Shown here: piece after piece, positions 10,094 through 19,072 of the stretch
Numbering within the stretch: position 1 is the stretch's first letter
Layout: the number at the start of each line of letters is the position of its first letter
Assembly: GCA_041671765.1 (NCBI GenBank)
Contig: JBAZAX010000005.1
Location: 2,260-66,259, forward strand
Direction: 5' to 3'
Length of the DNA: 64,000 bases
DNA from: Candidatus Babeliales bacterium
GTDB taxonomy: Bacteria; Babelota; Babeliae; Babelales; RVW-14
Notes under the pieces: model-generated
What the model was told of the DNA's origin: nothing
Seen by the model: only the letters and a program-made list of their open reading frames with translations
Database searches by the model: none
Position numbers and translations under genes: made by a program

Positions 10094-10990
10094 ATGAAAA
10101 GAGCTCAGATACTCTCTTTATCAGTATTAGCATTAGGATTATTTAATCCATGCGTTAATGCCGCAGTAGTTCAACCGGATGACGAAACACTCACCTGGGG
10201 CGAATTAATGTTGGAAATGAGACAAGATAAAGATTTAAAGCAAGAGGTTTCCAATTGGATAAACAAAGAACTCAGTAGCAAAAAATCTAATGCAAAACCC
10301 GAAACTCGCGAAATTCTTTTTGAGAAATTTATATCAGGAATAATTCAAGATACAATCGCAGCACACCTTCTAGCAAACATAATCAAACAAAAAGCCGAGG
10401 TAAAAGCCGGAACCGTTCTTCTAAATCCTGAAGATACCTCAACATCAAAAAACAACTCCACAGACAGCATTGAAGGATATATAAGAAAAAATTTGGCACA
10501 ATTTTGTAATACATGGAAAATACTAACAAGTAGAAGAATCGAAACATCAAAAAAAGCACCTGTAGAATTTTTGAAAAGTTTTATCATACCTGCATTAAAG
10601 GACAGATTGGTTCTCATAATAAAAATGGCAGATGAAATTTTAGACAATCAGGGAATTAGCGATGGGTATAAAAAAATCTACAGCCATGTTTATAAAAATA
10701 CCCCTAAACCAAATAAAGCTAAAGAGGGTGTGATCATAGACACGGCACAGGATTTGGCAAAAATTTATGCCGGATATTATTACGAAACAAAGAATCCTGA
10801 AACAGTAGTACCCGCAGATGTTTTGCACATGTTCAGTTTTTCATTACTCAGAGATCTTTATCTTCCTACGGTAAGGCTTCGAGTAGCATCTACCCTGCCT
10901 ACCGAAAAAACGAAATCTACTTCTCTAAAAAGAAAAACAACAATAAACCGCGAAGCTCGATCAAGAAAGAGAAAAGTCAGGGACAACTAG
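10094..10990 (+). CDS. secreted protein of unknown function with a basic NLS-like C-terminal tail
   Basis: ATG 10094 follows AAGGAAGG and gives a signal peptide (MKRAQILSLSVLALGLFNPCVNA). Shares blocks with the upstream gene. Tail is KRKTTINREARSRKRKVRDN. Confidence 0.7.
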   Translation: MKRAQILSLSVLALGLFNPCVNAAVVQPDDETLTWGELMLEMRQDKDLKQEVSNWINKELSSKKSNAKPETREILFEKFISGIIQDTIAAHLLANIIKQKAEVKAGTVLLNPEDTSTSKNNSTDSIEGYIRKNLAQFCNTWKILTSRRIETSKKAPVEFLKSFIIPALKDRLVLIIKMADEILDNQGISDGYKKIYSHVYKNTPKPNKAKEGVIIDTAQDLAKIYAGYYYETKNPETVVPADVLHMFSFSLLRDLYLPTVRLRVASTLPTEKTKSTSLKRKTTINREARSRKRKVRDN

Positions 10991-11024
10991 TACTATTTTT
11001 TTAATAATACTAAGAAATTTTATT

Positions 11025-11050
11025 GGTGTCACAATTGCGTGGCACCATTT
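11025..11050. terminator. weak hairpin between convergent genes
   Basis: GGTGTCAC-aattgc-GTGGCACC (one mismatch), then ATTTTAATT. Confidence 0.3.
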
Positions 11051-11068
11051 TAATTACACCAAGGATTG

Positions 11069-11109
11069 CTAATTAATTCATGGATCCTGAAACGAGTTCA
11101 GGATGACAA
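11069..11109 (+). repeat. hairpin repeat, short form
   Basis: gctaattaattcatGGATCCTGAAacgagTTCAGGATGACAA. 8-bp stem ATCCTGAA/TTCAGGAT. Its right arm supplies the last codons and the TGA of the permease on the opposite strand. Confidence 0.85.
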
Positions 11110-12396
11110 AATGGCGTTTTTTTTACTTGAAAAATACTTTGCAACTGCCGCTGCAATTCCAATTAAGAATATTGATAAAAAAGAAAATGATATTCCAAAT
11201 TTTACAATATTAAATAACGAAACAAATAAAATATAAGAAGCAGTACAAATTCCTAAAAGTGGTACCCAACGGTTTAACCCAAAATTCGCAACGGATTTAG
11301 CAGCATAAAATGCAGCAACAGCGCTAAGAAGCATAGCAATCAACTGTGAAAAAACGGCCACATTCATTAATGGAAGTTGAGCACTTGTTATAGCCAATAT
11401 AACCGCTGTTACAAAACCTTCAACAATCAATGCAACCCATGGGATCTGCTTTGATGAAAGTTTTGTGAGAAAACGTTTGAATGGAAGATGGTTATTTTCT
11501 GCTAATGTAAATAAGTTCCAGCAATTTGCGGTAAATATCGAAAAGCATGCCCCCAAAATGGCTGCATAAACAGACCCATTCAATATTCTTCCAATAATTT
11601 CATAAGTCGGAATTGCTTTTTGAGCCAAAGGCAAAATCGGAATTCCAGCCTCTACTACGGCATTGCCAAGAGCCCCAAAAATAATACCCTGAAAAATAGT
11701 ATTTACACCAACAACAATTCCAAATGCAGTTAAAATTACTCGCTTAATATTTTTAGAAGAATCGGTAATCAAGTGACCGACAGAACATATAATTTCGAAA
11801 CCTATAGATGCAAAAACACAAACCGGAATAATTAAAAATAGACTTGAAAAATCGTTTACACCAAACTGGTAAAATGATGAATCAAATGTGACAAAACCAA
11901 ATGTAAAAACAAAAATTATTGGCAACATTTTCAGGGATACAAATAGGTACTGAAGCTTGCCACCTATTCTTGCGCCAAGTATGTGAATCGAGATTAAAAA
12001 AAACAAAACAAAATAATCGAGAACCAAAGCTGGAAATTGATTTAAAAAACTAAATTGTACTTGAAAAAATTGAACAAATTTATGCATCAAAAGACCGGCT
12101 GCTGCAGTTTTACCAAGAAAATAACTCCACCCACTCAAAAATCCGGCCCAATTACCAATATGACTTTTACTAAAAACATACAAACCGCCTGATACAGGAT
12201 GCAATTTTGCAAGCGTACTGATACTCAAAATTAATGGCAACATTAGCAATGCTGATACAATATATCCAACAAATCCCCATGGGCCTGCTTTTTGGGCAAG
12301 CGTAGCCGCATTAATAAAAAGCCCTGCACCAATCATGGTGTTTATACATATAAGCACACCTACAACAGGGGATATCATATTTTTATTTGATGCCAT
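11098..12396 (-). CDS. amino acid permease (APC superfamily)
   Basis: 432 aa, about 12 TM segments. The N-terminal ...INTMIGAGLF...GPWG... pattern is typical of APC transporters. Confidence 0.85.
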   Translation of the reverse strand: MASNKNMISPVVGVLICINTMIGAGLFINAATLAQKAGPWGFVGYIVSALLMLPLILSISTLAKLHPVSGGLYVFSKSHIGNWAGFLSGWSYFLGKTAAAGLLMHKFVQFFQVQFSFLNQFPALVLDYFVLFFLISIHILGARIGGKLQYLFVSLKMLPIIFVFTFGFVTFDSSFYQFGVNDFSSLFLIIPVCVFASIGFEIICSVGHLITDSSKNIKRVILTAFGIVVGVNTIFQGIIFGALGNAVVEAGIPILPLAQKAIPTYEIIGRILNGSVYAAILGACFSIFTANCWNLFTLAENNHLPFKRFLTKLSSKQIPWVALIVEGFVTAVILAITSAQLPLMNVAVFSQLIAMLLSAVAAFYAAKSVANFGLNRWVPLLGICTASYILFVSLFNIVKFGISFSFLSIFLIGIAAAVAKYFSSKKNAILSS

Positions 12397-12410
12397 AAAT
12401 TTTTCCTACT

Positions 12411-12474
12411 TTGTCATCCTGCCGTGTCGGCCATAGCACTCCAAGTGCAACGGCTGAAACTTGATCCAGGATCT
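12411..12474 (-). repeat. hairpin repeat, long form with GC-rich core
   Basis: Minus-strand read: AGATCCTGGATCAAGTTTCAGCCGTTGCACttggaGTGCTATGGCCGACACGGCAGGATGACAA. Lies between the bioY stop and the permease ATG. Confidence 0.85.
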
Positions 12475-12480
12475 AAATTA

Positions 12481-13056
12481 TTATAATTTCCTGCGCCAAA
12501 ATACCGTTGTCAAAATTAAGATGAAAATTGCTTTGATTACAAAATCACCAAGAATAAATGAATACAATCCTAATGCCAAAAGTTTGCTTGATGGCACAAA
12601 ACAGCTCAACTGAGCCAACCCAAACATATAGTACAAAATACAGCAAAACCAGTAGCTAATCAATAACCAAATTTTAGATGCCGGCTTAAAATCACGCATT
12701 ACCACCATCATAAGCATGGCTACACCAAATCCAATCATGTATCCACCCGTAGGTCCAAGCAAATGAGCCGCTCCTGACCCGAATCTTGAAAAAAACGGCG
12801 CACCAAATAACCCCTGAGTAAGATACATAAGATATGCACTTACGGCAGTATAACCAAAAAGCCAAGCACAAAACAAAAACATTACGGACTGTAATGTAAC
12901 AGGGACAATATTAAATGGAAGAGGAATAATACATTGCGAACAAAGTGCATAAAACCATGATAAGCACAGGCACAAAACTATTTTGTGTGTAATGGATTTT
13001 TTTGCCCAATTTTCAATATTTGAAATTAGATTGCTACTTAAATTCATGAATTGCAT
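12481..13056 (-). CDS. bioY: biotin transporter BioY
   Basis: 191 aa. VPVTLQSVMF...GPTGGYMIGF matches BioY signature regions. Confidence 0.8.
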   Translation of the reverse strand: MQFMNLSSNLISNIENWAKKSITHKIVLCLCLSWFYALCSQCIIPLPFNIVPVTLQSVMFLFCAWLFGYTAVSAYLMYLTQGLFGAPFFSRFGSGAAHLLGPTGGYMIGFGVAMLMMVVMRDFKPASKIWLLISYWFCCILYYMFGLAQLSCFVPSSKLLALGLYSFILGDFVIKAIFILILTTVFWRRKL

Positions 13057-13201
13057 AAAAACCTCTTTTTTAGAACCAATCTGAAAAAGTTACAACTTGA
13101 AAAATTAAAAACTTACAGGCAGATTATCAGAAGGGCTTTAGTCTTGCAAATGCATATATCAGTTCTGTTTTACCCATTTTACAAAATATATAACTCTGGA
13201 C

Positions 13202-13230
13202 TTTACAAAAAGCCTACTGGCTTTTAAAAT
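13202..13230 (+). promoter_or_regulatory. candidate sigma70-type promoter for hppA
   Basis: TTTACA, 17 nt, TAAAAT. Would place the hairpin repeat at 13255-13292 in the 5-prime UTR. Confidence 0.35.
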
Positions 13231-13254
13231 TGTCATGTTGTACAAATAGGTTTA

Positions 13255-13292
13255 CTAATCCATAGATCCTGAAATAAGTTCAGGATGACAAA
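13255..13292 (+). repeat. hairpin repeat, short form
   Basis: ctaatccatAGATCCTGAAataagTTCAGGATGACAA, followed by taAGGAGttttATG of hppA. Confidence 0.85.
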
Positions 13293-13303
13293 TAAGGAGT
13301 TTT

Positions 13304-15292
13304 ATGGAATTACTGCATTATCTACTGGTGTTCAGTGGAATTTCTGCTTTGGGAATTTTACTCACAAGCATTCTTTATAAAAAAGTGACGTCTTACACAA
13401 ATGACGACAAACGGTCTGCCCATATCGCAGACTTGATTCGTAACGGAGCTATGACATTCTTACATAAAGAGTACACCGTTCTCGCTGTTGTTATCGCAAT
13501 AATATTCACAATTTTATTCTTAGTCTTTGGTGCAGTATCTGCACTGACTTACGTTTGTGGTGCACTATCTTCAATGTTTGCCGGATATGTTGGGATGAAA
13601 GCTGCAACCAGAGCAAATGAATTAACAACATTAAAAGCCAAAAACCAAGGTGAACGCGCTGCATTTTTAACAGCATTACTTGGTGGCTCAGTAATGGGGT
13701 TTGTTGTTGCAACCCTTGGCTTATTAGGGCTTGGAATTATATTCTTCTTGTTCGCACAAAATCCGGGTTATGACTTTATTAACATCATCACATGCTTTGG
13801 ATTTGGCGCAAGCTCAATCGCATTCTTCGCACGCGTTGGCGGCGGAATTTATACCAAAGCAGCTGACGTTGGAGCCGATCTTGTTGGCAAAGTTGAGATG
13901 GGCATCCCTGAAGACGATCCTCGTAATCCTGCAGTTATTGCAGACAACGTCGGTGACTGCGTAGGCGACACAGCTGGTATGGGTGCCGATATTTATGAAT
14001 CTTATGTTGGCGCAGTTGTTGGAGCAATGCCTTTGGCTGTAGCGTTTTACCACAATGACCTACGATATATTGCTCTTCCAATAATGCTTTGCGCAATTGG
14101 TTTGATCGCATCAATGTTTGGATTAGTCTCGGCATTTATCTTCAAATCAAAATTAAATTTAATCTTGCACAAGGCAACTTATGTTGCTATCGCATGCTTT
14201 CTTGCCGGATCATATGCTTATTTGGCCGGTATGAATATGGACATGACCCTTTTTGGCTCAATCTTTCTTGGAGCTTTTTCAGGCGTAATTATTGGAGCAG
14301 CAACAGATCACTACACAAGTGGCACCCCAATTAAAAAATTGGCTGAATCATCCCAATCAGGGGCCGGTACCAACCTCATTTATGGCCTTTCTATCGGGTT
14401 CGAATCCGTTGTAATTCCCGTATGCTCAATCGCAATCATTGTTTATATTTCGTATGCATACTTTGGAGGATTATTCGGTGTTGCACTTGCAGCTGTTTCA
14501 ATGCTTGCAACGGTAGGCATTACAATGTCTGTTGATGCTTATGGCCCAATTGCAGACAACGCAGGTGGAATTTCTGAAATGTCCGGCTTTGGTCCAGAGG
14601 TTCGAAAAATCACCGACAAACTCGATTCACTTGGCAATATGACTGCAGCTCTTGGCAAAGGATTTGCTATCGGATCGGCAGCTTTTGCAGCTCTTGCACT
14701 TTTTGCTGCATACTGCCAAGAAGCAGGAGTTCCTAGCCTTGATTTGTTAAATCCAATTATTATTGCCGGAATGTTCCTTGGTGGATGTTTGCCATTCTTG
14801 ATTTCAGCATTAACAATGAAATCTGTTGGTAAGGCAGCTTGGAAGATGGTTGAAGAGGTTCGTCACCAATTCAAAAATATTCCAGGATTAATGGAAGGCA
14901 CAGCAGAAGCCGATTATGACCGTTGCATTCAAATTAGCACAAATGCAGCATTGTATGAAATGATCCTACCTGGTGTAATCATTTTAGTTGCTCCAATTGC
15001 CGTTCGTTTTGGATTTGGCGCAAATGGCAAAATGGCTCTCGGCGGATTTTTGGCAGGCGCAACACTTACAGGAATTGTTCTTGCTCTAACAATGGCAAAT
15101 GCCGGTGGCGCATGGGATAACGCAAAGAAATATATTGAAGCTGGAAACTTCGGAGGCAAAGGGTCTCCGGCACATAAGGCAGCAGTTGTGGGCGATACAG
15201 TTGGCGATCCATTTAAGGATACATCTGGACCTTCATTAAATATTTTAATTAAATTGATGTCTATTCTATCTCTGCTTTTAGCAACACTGTAA
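13304..15292 (+). CDS. hppA: membrane-bound proton/sodium-translocating pyrophosphatase
   Basis: 662 aa. [28 protein letters not shown] and [21 protein letters not shown] motifs. Confidence 0.95.
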   Translation: MELLHYLLVFSGISALGILLTSILYKKVTSYTNDDKRSAHIADLIRNGAMTFLHKEYTVLAVVIAIIFTILFLVFGAVSALTYVCGALSSMFAGYVGMKAATRANELTTLKAKNQGERAAFLTALLGGSVMGFVVATLGLLGLGIIFFLFAQNPGYDFINIITCFGFGASSIAFFARVGGGIYTKAADVGADLVGKVEMGIPEDDPRNPAVIADNVGDCVGDTAGMGADIYESYVGAVVGAMPLAVAFYHNDLRYIALPIMLCAIGLIASMFGLVSAFIFKSKLNLILHKATYVAIACFLAGSYAYLAGMNMDMTLFGSIFLGAFSGVIIGAATDHYTSGTPIKKLAESSQSGAGTNLIYGLSIGFESVVIPVCSIAIIVYISYAYFGGLFGVALAAVSMLATVGITMSVDAYGPIADNAGGISEMSGFGPEVRKITDKLDSLGNMTAALGKGFAIGSAAFAALALFAAYCQEAGVPSLDLLNPIIIAGMFLGGCLPFLISALTMKSVGKAAWKMVEEVRHQFKNIPGLMEGTAEADYDRCIQISTNAALYEMILPGVIILVAPIAVRFGFGANGKMALGGFLAGATLTGIVLALTMANAGGAWDNAKKYIEAGNFGGKGSPAHKAAVVGDTVGDPFKDTSGPSLNILIKLMSILSLLLATL

Positions 15293-15326
15293 AATAACGA
15301 TTCAATTTAATCTTATAGATCTTTCG

Positions 15327-15363
15327 CCGACCATCGCATGCATTTGCGATGGTCGGTTTTTTT
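15327..15363 (+). terminator. intrinsic terminator after hppA
   Basis: 12-bp perfect stem CCGACCATCGCA/TGCGATGGTCGG, 6-nt loop, then T7. Confidence 0.85.
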
Positions 15364-15404
15364 GTACTAAAATATTTTTTGTACCAAAATTCGAAAGGCA
15401 TATC

Positions 15405-16946
15405 ATGAAAACATTTTTGGGACTATTCAGTTTTATTTTTGTCTTGCTTATCAACATGCCAACGCATGCTATGGAATCAGAACCCATAAGCGACCAAGCC
15501 TTTTTACACAAAATAACTCTTGAAAAATGGCTTGATAAACCCAAATACGCACCCAGCATATTAAGAATATTAAAACTATTTAACAATTCAAAAGCCCAAT
15601 TATTAAGTAATGATAGAGTCTGGGTAAATCATGCACCTCAAGAAATAATAGACGGCTTGATGACAGGACGTATCAAAATTCCACTTCAACCCGAAGCTGA
15701 TGGGACTTACCAACATATTCCGAATATGCCTTTCCTAGCCAAATGGATTATACCTGGTAACAATTGTGTGATTTCAATCGGTGATTTGCATAGCAATTTT
15801 GCAGGATTAAAAGAAATTCTTAACAACATGCATTCGCTAAAATTGTTTAAAAGTGATGGTTCGATGCAGTTGAAAAACAACGTCAAATTAATATTTCTTG
15901 GGGATTACATGGATCGTGGATATTATCCCATGGAAACATTTATCACGGCAGCCCTTCTTTACCTAAAGAATCCGGGACAGGTACTCCTGCTTAGGGGAAA
16001 CCATGAAAATATCGCTATAAATTTAATTAGCTACGGCCTGAAATTGGAAATTGATGAATTAACACATGCATCAGAAGAAATAACATCCAAAATAATTGAA
16101 GAACTTTCAAAATCTTATGAATTTCTTCCTGTTGGAGCATTTATTGGATATCAAGATTCTCTTCCAACAAAATTCATTTTTCACGTCCATGGATGTGTTG
16201 ATATAAGAATAAATTGCAAAGATTTGTTGGAATTTGATGCAATCAATTTGTCTCAAAATGGTGGTCTTAAATTATGGAAATTTGGACGTGAAAATATAAT
16301 GCCCCCAGAAGAACTCAGCAGATTTTATAAAGACATTATCCCAAATTTTGATAACTTAATGAAAGATTTTCTTGAGGCATTAACAAATCCAGATCCAACA
16401 GCCGGATTTCTCTGGAATGATATATCGTGTGGGCAGCCCTATTTTTTAAATAAAAGTACACGTGGCGATTGTGTAATCAATATGGACATTTGTATGATAA
16501 AAAAATATTTAGAAAATTATAATTCAGATAAGACAAACGTCTGTGGCTTGGTAAGAGGACACCAACACAACCTTGCTAAGGAAACTTATAAAAATATACA
16601 AAAAGATTTAGCCTCTCTTTCGTATAAAAATTTAAGTACCGAAGGAACAAGTGGTCTAATAGATGACGACGAAATAATAGATCAAAACGTTTATAGAAAA
16701 ATGACACCTGCCTGCGTTATTAACATTAGAACTGAACATGCAACCGCATGCATACTGCAACACAGCACATTTCCACTTAATTTTGACAACGATTTTTGGG
16801 TGGCTACTTTAATAAGCTGCTCAATAATAGAAAATCAAGAAGTTCAGATATTATATCCTCCAACATTCTTAAGCTTAAGATACACCCGTCCCACCAGGCA
16901 ATATTCACTCCAAACCGTTTACGATACAGGCTTATTGCAGGAATGA
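15405..16946 (+). CDS. secreted PPP-family Ser/Thr protein phosphatase (metallophosphoesterase)
   Basis: 513 aa. Signal peptide, then GDLHSNF, GDYMDRGYY and LLRGNHE, the canonical PPP metal-binding motifs. Confidence 0.8.
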   Translation: MKTFLGLFSFIFVLLINMPTHAMESEPISDQAFLHKITLEKWLDKPKYAPSILRILKLFNNSKAQLLSNDRVWVNHAPQEIIDGLMTGRIKIPLQPEADGTYQHIPNMPFLAKWIIPGNNCVISIGDLHSNFAGLKEILNNMHSLKLFKSDGSMQLKNNVKLIFLGDYMDRGYYPMETFITAALLYLKNPGQVLLLRGNHENIAINLISYGLKLEIDELTHASEEITSKIIEELSKSYEFLPVGAFIGYQDSLPTKFIFHVHGCVDIRINCKDLLEFDAINLSQNGGLKLWKFGRENIMPPEELSRFYKDIIPNFDNLMKDFLEALTNPDPTAGFLWNDISCGQPYFLNKSTRGDCVINMDICMIKKYLENYNSDKTNVCGLVRGHQHNLAKETYKNIQKDLASLSYKNLSTEGTSGLIDDDEIIDQNVYRKMTPACVINIRTEHATACILQHSTFPLNFDNDFWVATLISCSIIENQEVQILYPPTFLSLRYTRPTRQYSLQTVYDTGLLQE

Positions 16947-16983
16947 TAAAAAGTTTTACTCATACTAAAAAATAGGAAAAGTA

Positions 16984-17823
16984 ATGAATACATCAAATCT
17001 CACAGAATCTGAAAAACGTAATAATTTTTATAACAACTATTTTTCATCTGCCGACTATAATGTTTTTAGATACGACGTTGGCAGCTTCTGCACAAGAAAA
17101 TTAATAATTTCGCAAATCAAACACAAATATGGCACGTTGCTAGAAATTGGCACCGGAATTTCCAGCATGCTATCAGATATTAAGAGCTCTAAAAAACTTA
17201 ATTTCGATTGTTTTGGTGTTGATATCTCTGATACAACCATATCTACCGTCAAAAAACAATTTGATGCACTTGGGATAAAAGCTGAATTAAAAGTAGCAGA
17301 TGCCGAAAGCCTCCCTTTTCCGGATAATACATTTGATGTAATAATCTCTGCCCATACGCTTGAACATATTAAAAACGATAATTTAGTTATTAAAGAATGT
17401 TCAAGAGTTTTAAAACCAGGTGGTGAGTTAATTATATTCGTACCCGGAAGAAAAAATGGCATTGCAACTCAAGAAGAATTTTCAAAATTTGGACACTTCA
17501 GATATTACAATAAATCTAAATTCCAAGTCATAGAGAACGCAACCTCTCCTGACTTAAAAATTACAAAATTAATATACCCACACAAAATTCATAACTTAAT
17601 CTGGAATAGATTAAAAAACTTATTTAGATGGACTAACTACCCAATAAAAAAATGGATTTTAAGAGATAACAAAACCTACGAAGTAAGACCAACTTATCAA
17701 AAATTCTTTTTGCCTGCCGTATCCAAAACGCTGAATTTATTGGATAAAACCACGATGCACACAGAAAAAAACTTTTTTGGAGCTGAATTTAATGTTTTAG
17801 TTAAATTCGAGCAACGCAGATAA
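16984..17823 (+). CDS. class I SAM-dependent methyltransferase
   Basis: LLEIGTGISS (motif I), FDVIISAHTLEHI, LKPGGELIIFVP. Confidence 0.8.
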   Translation: MNTSNLTESEKRNNFYNNYFSSADYNVFRYDVGSFCTRKLIISQIKHKYGTLLEIGTGISSMLSDIKSSKKLNFDCFGVDISDTTISTVKKQFDALGIKAELKVADAESLPFPDNTFDVIISAHTLEHIKNDNLVIKECSRVLKPGGELIIFVPGRKNGIATQEEFSKFGHFRYYNKSKFQVIENATSPDLKITKLIYPHKIHNLIWNRLKNLFRWTNYPIKKWILRDNKTYEVRPTYQKFFLPAVSKTLNLLDKTTMHTEKNFFGAEFNVLVKFEQRR

Positions 17824-17828
17824 CTCAA

Positions 17829-18815
17829 TTAAAAAAATCTACGCATAACCGCCTTAAATTTCCAATACAAATCTTGTTTTATTTTTTTAAACATAGACGC
17901 AGGCCGAACCAATTTGGGATTATTTGCTATAATTTGTTGATGCAAAAGATTAAAACGCTCACCCGTTTTTGTTATATCTTCAAACTCTTTTTCAATCAAC
18001 ATTCCCAAATTATTTAATTTTTTATTATAAAAAATTCCATCCCACTTTTTTAAATAATTTTTGGTGTCATGATTATATTTCTCATAATTGGTTTTTCTGA
18101 CATCAACATTTGCATGAGGATAATGCTCAACAAACGATTCAGGACTTTCTATGCATTCATACCCGGCATGCCACATCTTTAGGCACAAATCTCCATCTCC
18201 GTTATAAAAAAAGAAATTATCCTCGTCGATATAATCGACGTCTTTCAACGCCTGGTTTAGATACATACCATGATTAACATAAATTTTGTTACCAAGAGTA
18301 CAACATACATAATATTTTTCTTGCTGGGACCAATTTCTCCAGTAAAAAGCCACGGCACCTATTTTTTTGCCATGCTGCAAATTTTCTTCAAATAAATTAA
18401 TTCCATTAACAATAGCGCCGGGCACAACCAAACAATCATCACTTAGCATGCAAACAAATTTGCCTTGTACAGACTTGAACGCAAGGTTCATAAAATAACC
18501 CCACGACCTGCGTTCAATATTTTTTCCCAGCCACTCTCCACGATTATGCTGAATAATTGTTATGATATCTTTTTGTTCTACAAGCCACTGAAGAGTCCCA
18601 TCTACTGAACCTCCATCAACAACAATTATTTCATGAGATAAATCTTTACATTCGGTTCGAATGCTATCAATTGTAAGTTTTAGAAAATCCAAACGATTAT
18701 ATGAACCCAAAACTACTGATATAAGCTTTTTGTACTCTGAAATATTATTTTTTTTTACTTTATTAAAAAACACTTTCCAATCTTTCACTTTTTTAAAAAA
18801 ATATTCGATATACAT
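17829..18815 (-). CDS. family 2 glycosyltransferase
   Basis: ISVVLGSYNRLDFL...IIVVDGGSVDGT... gives a GT-A N-terminal layout. Contains an A9 tract near codon 20. Confidence 0.8.
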   Translation of the reverse strand: MYIEYFFKKVKDWKVFFNKVKKNNISEYKKLISVVLGSYNRLDFLKLTIDSIRTECKDLSHEIIVVDGGSVDGTLQWLVEQKDIITIIQHNRGEWLGKNIERRSWGYFMNLAFKSVQGKFVCMLSDDCLVVPGAIVNGINLFEENLQHGKKIGAVAFYWRNWSQQEKYYVCCTLGNKIYVNHGMYLNQALKDVDYIDEDNFFFYNGDGDLCLKMWHAGYECIESPESFVEHYPHANVDVRKTNYEKYNHDTKNYLKKWDGIFYNKKLNNLGMLIEKEFEDITKTGERFNLLHQQIIANNPKLVRPASMFKKIKQDLYWKFKAVMRRFF

Positions 18816-18922
18816 TTAAATCAAAGCTCTATAAATTTCAAATTTAAGCGTACTAAATTAAAATCAAAATTTAAACTGGAGATATAGACAAAGCATTTTA
18901 AATAAACACAGACACTCATAGT

Positions 18923-19001
18923 TGTCGCACCGGCCTTCGCCGGTGTCCAGGCTAAACTAAATCTGGATCCCAGCCTTCGCCGGGAAGACAAGAGGCTATG
19001 C
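18923..19001 (+). repeat. GC-rich composite repeat (modules C1 + C2)
   Basis: GTCGCACCGGCcttcGCCGGTGTCCAGGCTAAACT...CTGGATCCCAGCCTTCGCCGGGAAGACAAGAGGCTATGC. Co-linear with 43201-43250 plus 43342-43410. Confidence 0.8.
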
Positions 19002-19072
19002 AATACATGATTTCTTTAGTGTCTATTTAACTTGTTTTGCCTATAGTAACGGGATATAGCCTGGAGATAGTA

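Noticed and set aside
13506-15159. Several 66-81 aa ORFs in alternative frames or antisense inside hppA
   Set aside because: They are fully nested in a very well supported pyrophosphatase CDS whose codon usage is GC-richer than its surroundings. These are typical shadow ORFs. The same reasoning applies to the other nested ORFs in the track (for example 1014, 1808, 2205, 3453, 4738, 7425, 7525, 7978, 8013, 17055, 30432, 33621, 34402, 41103, 46018, 47103, 56592, 61656, 62574).
15302-15586. 94-aa minus-strand ORF between hppA and the phosphatase gene
   Set aside because: It spans the hppA terminator hairpin and overlaps the 5-prime end of the well-supported phosphatase CDS. It has no motif and no RBS.
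18923-19001. GC-rich blocks (also 43201-43475, 12411-12474 and 39985-40068) as tRNA or other classical RNA genes
   Set aside because: No cloverleaf can be drawn, and there is no GTTCRANYC T-loop or conserved D-loop. The sequences are multi-copy with modular rearrangements. A novel structured RNA is not excluded (see findings), but a tRNA or rRNA call is not supportable.
18821-19003. 60-aa ORF on the minus strand
   Set aside because: Its N-terminal half (SSRRRLGSRFSLAWTPAKAGATT) is simply the reverse-strand translation of the GC-rich repeat at 18923-19001.
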